Assembly (NCBI GenBank): GCA_046295675.1
Contig: JBKBMW010000001.1
Span: 1 to 32,610 of the forward strand
DNA length: 32,610 bases
Direction: 5' to 3'
Source: Candidatus Anstonellaceae archaeon
Lineage (GTDB): Archaea > Micrarchaeota > Micrarchaeia > Anstonellales > Anstonellaceae
The notes beneath the pieces were generated by a model. The model did not search any database. It was given only the letters and a program-made list of their open reading frames with translations, and was not told the origin of the DNA. The translations under genes were made by a program, and so were the position numbers. Below are positions 7,395 to 16,722 of this stretch, piece after piece. Numbering within the stretch: the stretch's first letter is position 1; each line of letters begins with the position of its first letter.

Positions 7395-10064
7395 TTATTT
7401 AAAAATTTTCTTTTTTATTATTTTTATAAAATCTGTATAGACTAAAAATACCAAAATTATAGCAAAAGAAGTTATCCACTCGTTTAAATCTAGTTCCCTT
7501 ACTCCAAAAAATTCTCTCAATATCTCAGTATTAAATATTGCAATATGAACTATCAATACTCCTCCAACAGCTGCCAATAAGTACTTATTTGAACTTATCT
7601 CTCTTAAAAAAGATCCAGAAGAACGTACTGCAAATGCATTTGCAAGCTGCAAAAGTACAAATATATTAAAAAGATTACTCAATGCACTTATTCGATCTAT
7701 TTTGACATAATTCTCAAAAACAATCAAAGAAACAGAAACTATAAAAACAACACTGCAAAGCATTGTAAATAAAACCTCTTTATTTACTATTTGGTCGTTT
7801 TTTTCTACTGGTTTTAAAACATCTTTTTTTGGTTTTTCCAAGCCTAAAGCAAGTGCAGGTGGACCATCCATTACCAAGTTAATCCATAATAACTCTAATG
7901 GCTTTAATACTACTCCAAAGTTTAGAAATTGAGCAAAAAACATCAATGAAAGTGCAGAAAGATTAGTAGTTAATTGGTAGGAAACAAAAGACCTAATATT
8001 TAAAAAAATGGCTTTGCTATATTCAATAGCTCTAATAATCGTTCTTAAATTATTATCCACTAATATTATATCTGAAACTGATTTTGCAACTTCACTTCCA
8101 CCTTTCCCAATAGCAATTGAAACATTTGCTTTTTTTAATGCTGGTGCATCATTTACTCCATCCCCAGTAAGTGCAACAATATATCCTTTGTTTTGAAATG
8201 CAGAAACTATTTTGAGTTTATGTTCAGGAGAGGCTCTTGCACATACCTTTGCCTCCAAAAATTTTTCTACAATCTTCTCATCGCTCATTTTTTCTAGTTC
8301 ACTTCCTAAAATTGGAAGTTTTTGTAATTCATTCTCTTTTACTAGTCCTATCTGTTTTGAAACTGCCATTGCAGTGTGGGGCGAATCTCCAGTAATCATA
8401 ATAATAGAAATACCAGCTTGTTTGGCTTGTTCTATTGCCTCCTCTACCCCTTCCACTGGCTGATCAAAAAATCCTATTAGCCCAATAAAGATAAGATTAG
8501 AGGAGCATTTTTCAAATTTATATTTTTTAGTAGGTTCTAGGTCTTCCTCTTTATACGCAACTGCAATTGTTCTTATAGCCTGCAAGGAATAAAATTTTAC
8601 TCTTTCTTCCAATTCAATTAATATCTCCTTGCTTAGCCTTTTTATTTCCATATTTTCATCTAAATAGTGAGTGGAAAAAAGCAAGACCTCCTCCGGAGCT
8701 CCTTTAAATTCAATCATTACTTTTTTTTGATCTTTTCTTTTTCTTACATAACATGCACTTCGTCTTTTAAAATCAAAAGGAAACTCTGCCTGGGTTTGAT
8801 ATTTTGAATAAAGTAACTCTGTGTCATATCCCAAATCTTGATAAAATCTTCCAATCTCTGCTTCTAATGGATCACCAAAAGATTCCATTTCCTCTTTTTT
8901 TATTTCTTTTTTCTTTGGAATAATTTTAGAGGCAAGGATAGCTGTTTCAATTATTTTTTTTATTTTTTTATCATTTTTAAGCTCCTTCAAATCTCCCAAA
9001 CCAATATTTTCATATTCTTTTAAACAGGAAAAAATTTTTACAATTTTAAGCTGATTTTTTGTGAGTGTGCCGGTCTTATCTGCACAAATTAAAGAAACTT
9101 TTCCAATTGAAGAAATTGCAGAAAGTTTTCTAACAATTGCATTTTGTTGTGCTAATCGCTTTACTCCATATGCCAATGTTATAGCAAGTACTGTTGGTAA
9201 GCCTTCTGGAATTGCTGCAACAAACAATAAAATTGAGCTAATAAGTAAATCGTTTATTTCAATATTTTTTTCTATTCCTAACAAAAATATCACTACTACT
9301 AAAAAAACAGAAATTTTGACTAGTTGATCTCCTAATTTTTCCAAATCTTTTGATAATTCAGAAGGTTCTTGTTTTATTGTAGTCAAGGCAGAAGTTATTT
9401 TTCCAAATTCAGTAAATTTTCCTGTAGCAATAACCAGAGCCTTTACATCTCCTTTTAAAATGTGCGTTCCAGCATACAAAATATTTTCCCTTTCAGCTAC
9501 TTCTCTCTTTTCTGTAATCTCCAACGAGGATTTTTGTACTGGTTCAGATTCTCCTGTTAAAATAGCCTGATCTACCAAAACATTTTCTCCCAAAAGTATT
9601 TTACAGTCTGCAGGAATTAAATCTCCAGATGTCAATATCAATATATCTCCAGGTACAATCTCTGTAGAATCAATCATTTGTACTTTTTTATCTCGCATTA
9701 CCTTTGCTTTTGGTTTGGTTAATTGATACAAATACTTCAATTGTTCCTCTGCCTTATATTCCTGAATAAAACCAAAAAACATAGCAGTAAGAGCAGCTAT
9801 AAATATTCCAATAGCATCTAAATAATGATGAATAAAAAATGCAATCGCAGATGCAACAATTAAAATAAAAGTCATTCTATTGAATTGTCTTAAAAAAATT
9901 TCTAATGCACTGGGAGTTTTTATTTCAAACAAAATATTTTTGTACTCCTTTCTTTTTTCTACTTGTTTTCCTGTTAATCCATTTTCAGAGGTTTTCAAGC
10001 TTTCAAATAAGTCCTTGTTTTTTGTAAGATAAGCAGAATCCTTTATTTTTTTAATATCAAACAT
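7395..10064 (-). CDS. P2-type cation-transporting ATPase (Ca2+/Mg2+-ATPase-like)
   Basis: Motifs present: TGES (ILTGESEPV), PEGLP in TM4 (AIPEGLPTVLA), phosphorylation site ICADKTGTLT, KGAPE, MITGD and TGDGVNDAPALKKA. There is an N-terminal Cation_ATPase_N-like segment and about 10 TM helices. Confidence 0.95.
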   Translation of the reverse strand: MFDIKKIKDSAYLTKNKDLFESLKTSENGLTGKQVEKRKEYKNILFEIKTPSALEIFLRQFNRMTFILIVASAIAFFIHHYLDAIGIFIAALTAMFFGFIQEYKAEEQLKYLYQLTKPKAKVMRDKKVQMIDSTEIVPGDILILTSGDLIPADCKILLGENVLVDQAILTGESEPVQKSSLEITEKREVAERENILYAGTHILKGDVKALVIATGKFTEFGKITSALTTIKQEPSELSKDLEKLGDQLVKISVFLVVVIFLLGIEKNIEINDLLISSILLFVAAIPEGLPTVLAITLAYGVKRLAQQNAIVRKLSAISSIGKVSLICADKTGTLTKNQLKIVKIFSCLKEYENIGLGDLKELKNDKKIKKIIETAILASKIIPKKKEIKKEEMESFGDPLEAEIGRFYQDLGYDTELLYSKYQTQAEFPFDFKRRSACYVRKRKDQKKVMIEFKGAPEEVLLFSTHYLDENMEIKRLSKEILIELEERVKFYSLQAIRTIAVAYKEEDLEPTKKYKFEKCSSNLIFIGLIGFFDQPVEGVEEAIEQAKQAGISIIMITGDSPHTAMAVSKQIGLVKENELQKLPILGSELEKMSDEKIVEKFLEAKVCARASPEHKLKIVSAFQNKGYIVALTGDGVNDAPALKKANVSIAIGKGGSEVAKSVSDIILVDNNLRTIIRAIEYSKAIFLNIRSFVSYQLTTNLSALSLMFFAQFLNFGVVLKPLELLWINLVMDGPPALALGLEKPKKDVLKPVEKNDQIVNKEVLFTMLCSVVFIVSVSLIVFENYVKIDRISALSNLFNIFVLLQLANAFAVRSSGSFLREISSNKYLLAAVGGVLIVHIAIFNTEILREFFGVRELDLNEWITSFAIILVFLVYTDFIKIIKKKIFK

Positions 10065-10087
10065 AAAAAAGATAAATAAAAGGAATT

Positions 10088-11068
10088 TTATAAATTGTTT
10101 GGATTGTACTTCTCAGGATCCAATAAAATCGGAGAGGGGACTCCAGTAAAAATTACAAAAGCTTCTAAAAAATCCCTTCTTTCTTCGACAATTCTTGCCC
10201 CCCAACTAACCATTGCATTTGGAGATATTTTAAAAGTTATCTTTTCACAAATATCGTTTGCATCTCCTAATCTTAGAGAACTATCTCCAGTAAGATGCAC
10301 CAACACACCAGAGGCTTTTGAATAATCTACAGAAAGCAGGGGAGTATTTAACACATGTTCAGGAAGAGAATGGACCTTCATTGGTCCACTATCAGAGGCA
10401 TAGGATATCATCCCAAGTCCCTTTCCCTTAGTAATTGCTGCCAAATCAGCAAAATCAAGATTGATTAATGAAGGTTCGGTAATGGTTCGAATGATTCCTT
10501 CCACTGCCTTGGAAGCAACATCATCTGCCATTTTAAATGCCTCGTTAATTGGAACATTCCCTGCCCATTCTGTTAATTTGTCGTTTTCTATTAAAATCAA
10601 ACTATCAGAATAATCTGCTAATTTTGAAACTGCTGTTTGAGCTTTTCTAATTCTTGCTCTTTCTAATTTAAATGGAAAATAGCAAAAGCTAATCACTATT
10701 GCATCTGTCTCCTCTTTTGCAATCTGGGCTATAACAGGGGCTGCTCCTGACCCAGTACCACCACCTGCTCCTGTGATTAAAAAAACCAAATCTGTATCAA
10801 TAAGTTCTTTTTTTATTTCTTTTCTGCAAGCAAGTGCTGATTTTTCTCCTATTGCAGGATCTCCTCCTGCTCCCAGCCCTTTTGTAATTGATTTTCCTAT
10901 CAAAACTTTTTTTGCATTATTTATTAAATCTAATTGTTTCTTATCTGTATTAAATGCAACTAAGGTTGTTTGTTTGAAAACCTGCTCACCTAGGCGAATT
11001 ATACTATTACATCCTGCTCCCCCTATGCCTGCAATAACAAATTTTAGATTTCCTTCTTGATCTACCAT
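10088..11068 (-). CDS. FtsZ/tubulin-family GTPase (paralog 2, FtsZ2-like)
   Basis: IAGIGGAGCNSI, the tubulin signature ITGAGGGTGSGAAPVIAQIAKE, and NLDFADL. The ATG at 11068 is preceded by GGTGTGAGG; the track's GTG at 11074 falls inside that Shine-Dalgarno. Confidence 0.9.
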   Translation of the reverse strand: MVDQEGNLKFVIAGIGGAGCNSIIRLGEQVFKQTTLVAFNTDKKQLDLINNAKKVLIGKSITKGLGAGGDPAIGEKSALACRKEIKKELIDTDLVFLITGAGGGTGSGAAPVIAQIAKEETDAIVISFCYFPFKLERARIRKAQTAVSKLADYSDSLILIENDKLTEWAGNVPINEAFKMADDVASKAVEGIIRTITEPSLINLDFADLAAITKGKGLGMISYASDSGPMKVHSLPEHVLNTPLLSVDYSKASGVLVHLTGDSSLRLGDANDICEKITFKISPNAMVSWGARIVEERRDFLEAFVIFTGVPSPILLDPEKYNPNNL

Positions 11069-11291
11069 CCTCACACCATTAAAATAAACTAATTATTTAA
11101 TGAAGCTACTATTTTTATTTTTATCTCAATGGTTATTTTTAAGAGTTTTTTTATCTTTTAGTAGAGTTTTTTGAGTTTGTCCACATCCTTTAAGTGGAAA
11201 ACACCCCCTACCAAATATTTAAACTTCCTTTTATATATAGATTAGGAATAGACAAGGGGGAAAAAGTCTCTCAAAAAAGAAGGTGAAAAAA

Positions 11292-11579
11292 ATGAAGAAT
11301 TTTGAAGAAGAAGAAAATAACGAATCTTCAATAGTGATTGATGAAGCTCCTTCAACCTCTCTTTTATCTGAAAACGAAGGAGAAAGTTTAGAACAACAAC
11401 CCTCTAAGCAGCCAGAATTTAGAATCTTACAACAAGAATATAATCAGAAAGAAGGGCGAAGTGTTTTAAAAGAGGTTGGGGTTGCCTGGAAAAATATTTC
11501 AAAAGATGGAAAAGAATTTTATACTATTAAAATCGGAAACTTAAGATTGTTGATGTTTAAAAACCAAAGATTAAGGTAA
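11292..11579 (+). CDS. hypothetical small protein with an acidic disordered N-terminus and a beta-rich C-terminal core (DUF736-like?)
   Basis: An AAGGTGA Shine-Dalgarno lies 6 nt before the ATG at 11292. The N-terminus is E/S/N-rich. The core FRILQQEY...KEVGVAWKNISKDGKEFYTIKIGNL resembles the FRI...ElGAAWkK.S..G..YLSvKLD pattern I recall for DUF736. Confidence 0.5.
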   Translation: MKNFEEEENNESSIVIDEAPSTSLLSENEGESLEQQPSKQPEFRILQQEYNQKEGRSVLKEVGVAWKNISKDGKEFYTIKIGNLRLLMFKNQRLR

Positions 11580-11623
11580 GTTCTAAGTTTTATAGAATTG
11601 CCTCTTAAATATGGTGGTGTGTT

Positions 11624-12658
11624 ATGGCTAAAAAATCAGAAATAAATGAAGAAGAGGACAGCGTAGAGGAATCTGTTCAATTGGAAAATCAAGAAGAAGA
11701 AAAATCAAAAAAACCAAAAATTACTGATTTAGAGGATCTTCCAGGAATTGGTCCAGTTACTGCAGAAAAATTAAAAAAAGCAGGCTATGTTGACATAGAA
11801 AAAATTGCTGCTTCCTCTCCATATGAATTAGCAGAGGTAGCAGAAATAGGGCCAGAGCAGGCAAAAAAAGCAATATCAGCAGCAAGAGATGCTCTTGAAA
11901 TGGGCTATGAAACTGCAGATATTATTTTCACAAAAAGAAAAAATATCAAAAAAATTACTACTAGCTCAAAAAATCTTGATGCTCTAATTGGTGGCGGAAT
12001 AGAAACAATGGCAATTACTGAAGCCTATGGAAAATTTGCTTCAGGAAAATCTCAACTTGGTTTTCAGTTGGCAGTAAATGTACAAAAGCCTTTAGAACAA
12101 GGTGGTTTAGGTGAAGATTCTGGAGTACTTTTTATAGATACAGAAAGCACCTTTAGACCAGAGAGGATTTTACAAATTGCCCAAGCCAATAAAATGGATG
12201 GTGAAAAAGTACTTAAAAATATTTTTGTTGCAAAGGCAATCAATTCTGACCATCAAATTATTTTGATAGAAAAGGCAGAAGAAATGATAAAGAAGCACAA
12301 CATCAAACTTATTATTGTAGATTCTCTTACTAGCCATTTCAGATCAGATTATGTTGGACGAGGCTCGTTGGGGGAAAGACAGCAAAAACTAAACAAGCAT
12401 GTCCATCATTTGCAAAAATTGGCTGATCAGTACAATATAGCAGTCTATGTCACCAATCAGGTAATGGATAATCCTGGAATGCTTTTTGGGGACCCAACTA
12501 CTCCTGTTGGTGGGCATGTACTTGCTCATGCTGCAACCTATAGAATCTATCTAAGAAAAAGTAAAGAGGAAAAAAGAATTGCAAGATTAGTGGATTCTCC
12601 ATCAATGCCAGAGGGTGAATGTGTATTTAAAATAACCTCAGAAGGCTTAAAGGATTAG
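11624..12658 (+). CDS. radA: DNA repair and recombination protein RadA
   Basis: An N-terminal HhH domain ([20 protein letters not shown]), a Walker A-like GKFASGKSQ, Walker [13 protein letters not shown], and the conserved VYVTNQV...[17 protein letters not shown]. Confidence 0.95.
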   Translation: MAKKSEINEEEDSVEESVQLENQEEEKSKKPKITDLEDLPGIGPVTAEKLKKAGYVDIEKIAASSPYELAEVAEIGPEQAKKAISAARDALEMGYETADIIFTKRKNIKKITTSSKNLDALIGGGIETMAITEAYGKFASGKSQLGFQLAVNVQKPLEQGGLGEDSGVLFIDTESTFRPERILQIAQANKMDGEKVLKNIFVAKAINSDHQIILIEKAEEMIKKHNIKLIIVDSLTSHFRSDYVGRGSLGERQQKLNKHVHHLQKLADQYNIAVYVTNQVMDNPGMLFGDPTTPVGGHVLAHAATYRIYLRKSKEEKRIARLVDSPSMPEGECVFKITSEGLKD

Positions 12659-12703
12659 TCTAAAGATAATCTTATAAAAACTTCCTTTATATAATATAAA
12701 TCA

Positions 12704-12871
12704 ATGGCAAAACCAACAGCTCAGATTTACACTCAAGCAGGTATTCTTGGATTTAGTCCAAATACAAACTTAGGTGGAGTCAAAATAGAACCAAAGTTAA
12801 TTTTACTTGTGAGTTTAGCATCTATATTATTTATCAAAGTCCTTGGAATAATTTTAAGAAAAGTAGGATAA
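12704..12871 (+). CDS. preprotein translocase Sec61-beta (archaeal SecG) subunit
   Basis: A 55-aa ORF below the track threshold: MAKPTAQIYTQAGILGFSPNTNLGGVKIEPKLILLVSLASILFIKVLGIILRKVG. Compare M. jannaschii Sec-beta (recalled) ...TSAGLIRYMDE...KIRVKPEHVIGVTVAFVII. The aGl..y/f box, a basic K-I/V-x-P and a C-terminal TM anchor are shared. Confidence 0.7.
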   Translation: MAKPTAQIYTQAGILGFSPNTNLGGVKIEPKLILLVSLASILFIKVLGIILRKVG

Positions 12872-12891
12872 GCTTACAAAATATATTTTCC

Positions 12892-13311
12892 TTATTGTTT
12901 TGGTCTATCTGAAAAATACACCACTCCATTTTCATACCATACAAAAGCTTTTCCTTTATACTCCCCATTATTTGTTAATTCAATATCACATAGAAAGGTC
13001 CTGCTAAGTGAGGAAGTACCTGTTTGGATTTTGAGTGTTTTTTTATCCTGCTGACTAATTTTTAGATTTATATTTGCTAATTTTAGAGTATAATAATTTC
13101 CATCGCCCAATATACAAGCTTGGTTTACAAACTCCTCAATCTGATCAGCCTGCATATTTAATATTGAACCATATGCTACCTTTCGCTGGGTTTTATCAAG
13201 CACACTAACTGTTGCAAAGGCAATCATAATCACACTTAAGGAAATTAAAAAAATAAGAAGGGATTCAATTGTTATTTGGCCAAGTTTTTGTTTTAAAATA
13301 TTTCTATTCAT
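12892..13311 (-). CDS. class III signal peptide (type IV prepilin-like) protein A
   Basis: N-terminus MNRNILKQKLG|QITIESLLIFLISLSVIMIAF has Glu at +5 after the predicted G|Q cleavage site, followed by a hydrophobic helix. It starts 12 nt downstream of protein B on the same strand. The mature domain is unrecognised. Confidence 0.65.
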   Translation of the reverse strand: MNRNILKQKLGQITIESLLIFLISLSVIMIAFATVSVLDKTQRKVAYGSILNMQADQIEEFVNQACILGDGNYYTLKLANINLKISQQDKKTLKIQTGTSSLSRTFLCDIELTNNGEYKGKAFVWYENGVVYFSDRPKQ

Positions 13312-13323
13312 ATTTCTCTCATT

Positions 13324-13575
13324 TTAAGCAGTACATGTACTTGTGGTAGTATCACATTTCCATTCACTATTGACTTTCTCGCAATCACTATCTTTTGTAC
13401 AAAATATATCAGAAGGGGAAACATCAGTCATGTTTGCTATTTTCTCTGTTCTTTCTGATGTTTTTTGGCTTAGAGTTTTAACATTTGAGCTAAGTTGTGA
13501 ATAGATTATAAAAACCAATCCAAGGATCAATACTAAAACAATAAGCATCTCAGCAGAGAGTTGTCCTTTTTTCAT
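13324..13575 (-). CDS. small class III signal peptide (type IV pilin-like) protein B, Cys-rich C-terminus
   Basis: MKKG|QLSAEMLIVLVLILGLVFIIY carries the QxSxE (DUF361-like) motif. A GGTGAAAG Shine-Dalgarno precedes it. The C-terminus is CTKDSDCEKVNSEWKCDTTTSTC (4 Cys). Confidence 0.75.
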   Translation of the reverse strand: MKKGQLSAEMLIVLVLILGLVFIIYSQLSSNVKTLSQKTSERTEKIANMTDVSPSDIFCTKDSDCEKVNSEWKCDTTTSTCTA

Positions 13576-13698
13576 TCTTTCACCAATGTTTAATCAGAAC
13601 TAATAATTTTAAATTTTTCTACTTCTTATTAACAATCTTTTTTTGGCTCTTTTTCTTTTTAGAATAAACTTTAAAAACTTCATTTTTTTACTATATTT

Positions 13699-14313
13699 AT
13701 GATTCTTAGATACAAAAAAGCATTTATTTTTTCCTTAGATGCTTTTATAGCTTCCATCATTATTTTTTTCACTTTACAATACTTAATTTTTTTAAGTTAT
13801 TCTCCTTATAGTTATTTTAATTCTCTTAGGCAAGCACAATATTTAGCATCAGACACGTTGAATTCTCTTTATTTGCTTGAATATGAAAATAGTTCAAACA
13901 ACTTCCTTTCAAAGGCAATCAGATTTGCCTATGGTTATGGCTCATTTCCAAATGAGTTAATATCTTTTTCCAATATTGTTATACCGCCAACTTATTCATA
14001 TGCTTATGATTTTTATGATTTTTCTTCTGGAACATGGATTCCAATTTACAATGCAACCGCTATCCCAGCAAGAAATATTTCTTTTTATAAAGTAATGGCT
14101 TCTTCTTATGTTTTACAAGTTTCTTATCTTGATCCACTAATAAAAGGTGATTCTCCTTATTGTAATATTGAATGCAAAGGTTATGATTTAGCTACAGGTA
14201 AGTATTCAAAACCACAAAATTGTACTCAAGTTCCTTGTGATATAAAACATGGTACAACATTTGACCCAGGAAATGTAACTATTGGAGTGATGAGGTTAAC
14301 CGTATGGGGATAA
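13699..14313 (+). CDS. class III signal peptide (type IV prepilin-like) protein C
   Basis: MILRYKKA|FIFSLDAFIASIIIFFTL. It has several N-x-S/T sequons and 4 Cys near the C-terminus. It is the first gene of the plus-strand unit. Confidence 0.6.
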   Translation: MILRYKKAFIFSLDAFIASIIIFFTLQYLIFLSYSPYSYFNSLRQAQYLASDTLNSLYLLEYENSSNNFLSKAIRFAYGYGSFPNELISFSNIVIPPTYSYAYDFYDFSSGTWIPIYNATAIPARNISFYKVMASSYVLQVSYLDPLIKGDSPYCNIECKGYDLATGKYSKPQNCTQVPCDIKHGTTFDPGNVTIGVMRLTVWG

Positions 14314-16163
14314 AAAAAGGTTTTTTTTTCATTGTTATTGCTTTGGTGGTACTAAGCCTTATGGCGTTATCTTTGTTTTTATGGTCCGAGCAATCCTCAC
14401 TTCAATATTTATCTGATAGCGAGAAATTTAGAGTTAACTCTTTACAACTTCCCTTTTCGTTTATATCTGAAAATAATGTAAATAAAATAGCAAATATTTC
14501 TGCAATTTATGCAGTTAATAAATTGGCTGATGCCCTTATTCAGCATCCAGAGAAAATAAAAGGAATTAAAGTACCTGCTAATTGCGTTTCTTCTCAAAGC
14601 GGTGGAGATGATTGTATAATGTATGTAAATAGTTCTATCTTTGAGCTTATGTTTTATGGAAACACTTCTGGGTACCTTTTGGACGAATTCTCCTCTCCCC
14701 AAAAATATTTTTATCAATTACCGCAGCAAAATCTAACCTATAATACAGATGAAAAAATTTATACTCTCTCAAACTATTTTGATAGAACTTCTGCATTAGC
14801 AAAAAGTTTTGGTTTTGATCTTTCTTGGGGAAAACCAGAAAGTTTTTCAATAAAACATGATGATTATAGGACTTTAAGAGTGATTTTTAATATTCCTGTA
14901 AAACTAAGTTCTAAGTATTTCAATATGGACAAAAAAATAAAAGTTAATACTTCCTTTGCAATCGATGGGCTTCCTGATCCCTACTTAGCTGTAAGATATA
15001 GACAAAGACTAGATTTTACTTATAATCCATCTGGTTCTTTAAATCCTCCTAATGGTTTTACTCCAATCAATTATGGCCCTAAGCCAGTTCCATATAAAAA
15101 TGTTTATTTTTCATCTTATCAAAATCCTTCCCAAGCAGCAGCTAAACTCATATCCTCTGGTTCCCAAGGACTTGGTTGGTTTTATGGGCCAGTGGTAACA
15201 AAAAGCCACAAGTTCTTTTCTGATACTGATCCAATATATAACAAATCAAAAATAAATCAATTTATTTTTGCAACTAACAATCCTGATGAAGCAAGAAGAG
15301 AATCACAATATTTTGGAGCGGTTATTCTATACGGAGTAACACCTTATTTTAGCTCTACCAATCAGGTTCAACAAGGACGAAGAATTTCTGAAGAACAAAA
15401 TTGTATCTGGTGCATAAGAATAGAAAACACTCTCTCTCCAGGTGGATCAAACACTATCTACTCTTTTTATAAATATCCGATAAAAAGAGATATTCCCTTT
15501 ATTATAACCAATTTACAGCTTGGAACACTTTTAAGTAGTGTTAAACCAAATTATCGTACTGGCTTAAAAGAGGTTTTAATAACCTCCAATTTTAATATTC
15601 AAGATATTTGCTCTGATTATAAGGATACTCCTCCAAAATGTTCTGGCAAGCAACTAACTTACAAAAATAACCAATATTCTAAAGCATCTTTTTATAATTT
15701 AGATGGCCCAAGAGATATGGCAATTTGCGGATTTTATCTTCCATCTGAATATGGCTTATCTTATTTGCAGAGATTTACTAATCTTGAGTTTTCTTCTTCT
15801 CCATCCATACCAATAAGCAAATACGGAATAGAATCTTTTGATGTAGGCTCTTGGGCTGGGGGATATCTATCTTTTCAATATGGTCTTTCCAAAGATGCAC
15901 AATCCTCTTCTCCTTTTGAAACTTCTTCTCGTATAGATTATCACTTTTTATTAAATGATCCAGTCAATAATCCTTATTGTAGGGGGATATACATTAAAGG
16001 AATGCCTGGTTGTAAAGATAGCAACATGTGTTCTTCTTTAGACCCATACTTTAATTCTACTGGAAGATTTTCATTAACAAATAAGTCATTTAATCCAACA
16101 TTTAGGTACAATCTTTTTAGTTTAACTATTCCAACAAACTATCCTCAAAGTGATTGTAGGTGA
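14304..16163 (+). CDS. large (619 aa) class III signal peptide-anchored surface protein D (candidate adhesin / minor pilin)
   Basis: MGIKKG|FFFIVIALVVLSLMALSLFLW. A GAGGT Shine-Dalgarno precedes it, and it overlaps the end of C by 10 nt. It has 11 Cys, many N-x-S/T sequons, and no domain I recognise. Confidence 0.6.
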   Translation: MGIKKGFFFIVIALVVLSLMALSLFLWSEQSSLQYLSDSEKFRVNSLQLPFSFISENNVNKIANISAIYAVNKLADALIQHPEKIKGIKVPANCVSSQSGGDDCIMYVNSSIFELMFYGNTSGYLLDEFSSPQKYFYQLPQQNLTYNTDEKIYTLSNYFDRTSALAKSFGFDLSWGKPESFSIKHDDYRTLRVIFNIPVKLSSKYFNMDKKIKVNTSFAIDGLPDPYLAVRYRQRLDFTYNPSGSLNPPNGFTPINYGPKPVPYKNVYFSSYQNPSQAAAKLISSGSQGLGWFYGPVVTKSHKFFSDTDPIYNKSKINQFIFATNNPDEARRESQYFGAVILYGVTPYFSSTNQVQQGRRISEEQNCIWCIRIENTLSPGGSNTIYSFYKYPIKRDIPFIITNLQLGTLLSSVKPNYRTGLKEVLITSNFNIQDICSDYKDTPPKCSGKQLTYKNNQYSKASFYNLDGPRDMAICGFYLPSEYGLSYLQRFTNLEFSSSPSIPISKYGIESFDVGSWAGGYLSFQYGLSKDAQSSSPFETSSRIDYHFLLNDPVNNPYCRGIYIKGMPGCKDSNMCSSLDPYFNSTGRFSLTNKSFNPTFRYNLFSLTIPTNYPQSDCR

Positions 16164-16170
16164 TTTACTT

Positions 16171-16722
16171 ATGAAAGCTCAAGTAGCCTCTGAATCTCTA
16201 ATACTTCTTGGATTTATTACATTTTTTATTATCCCGTTATTATTTTATTTTCTTTCTTTTTCATCTGAAAAACTTTCTTTTATAGGAGATTATCAAATTC
16301 TTTCTTTAATTAATCAAATATGTGACACTGCTGCAGAGGTTTGGTATCAAGGACCAGGAGCAAAGAAATCAATCATAGTTTTTTATCCGATGGGAATTAA
16401 AAACATCATATTAGGTGGAGACACAGTTTCACAATTATCGTTGTTTAATACTCAACAAAATGAATTAAATAAAAGAAAAATCATAATAGAGAGCGAGCTT
16501 TTTAATAAGAAGAAATATTTCGTGGATTATTGTTCATCTCCAATAAAAAACAGTAAACGCTTTATGTCTATTGCTCCAGATCTTTCATTAAACTTTAAAT
16601 CTTCAAATGATATTTATCTTCCTTCTGGAATGAGAAGATTAAATTTTGAATACATATCAGAAAAAATTAATGGGGAAGTTCACAATGGAGACTATGTTCT
16701 GATAACAAGGGGAGGAACATGA
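16171..16722 (+). CDS. class III signal peptide (type IV prepilin-like) protein E
   Basis: MKA|QVASESLILLGFITFFIIPLLFYF, with Glu at +5. The ATG at 16171 lies 7 nt after an AGGTGA, and I prefer it to the track's GTG at 16150. Confidence 0.65.
   Translation: MKAQVASESLILLGFITFFIIPLLFYFLSFSSEKLSFIGDYQILSLINQICDTAAEVWYQGPGAKKSIIVFYPMGIKNIILGGDTVSQLSLFNTQQNELNKRKIIIESELFNKKKYFVDYCSSPIKNSKRFMSIAPDLSLNFKSSNDIYLPSGMRRLNFEYISEKINGEVHNGDYVLITRGGT

Noticed and set aside
8008-9327. Three 62-88 aa plus-strand ORFs inside the P-type ATPase gene.
   Set aside because: They are antisense to a gene with complete P-type ATPase motifs. They have no Shine-Dalgarno or promoter context, and their composition mirrors the opposite-strand codons.
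10095-11060. Plus-strand ORFs (76 and 95 aa) inside the FtsZ2 gene.
   Set aside because: They are shadow ORFs antisense to a clearly conserved FtsZ-family CDS.
10088-11068. Calling the second FtsZ-family protein CetZ or another tubulin-superfamily clade.
   Set aside because: I cannot discriminate FtsZ2 from CetZ by eye. The GGGTGSG signature and overall FtsZ-like motifs support only the generic 'FtsZ family paralog 2' label.
14442-14850. Two minus-strand ORFs (91 and 67 aa) inside the 619-aa pilin-like gene D.
   Set aside because: They overlap each other and the long sense ORF, which has Shine-Dalgarno-coupled starts. They show no signal or motif of their own and are K/F/I-rich AT-driven frames.
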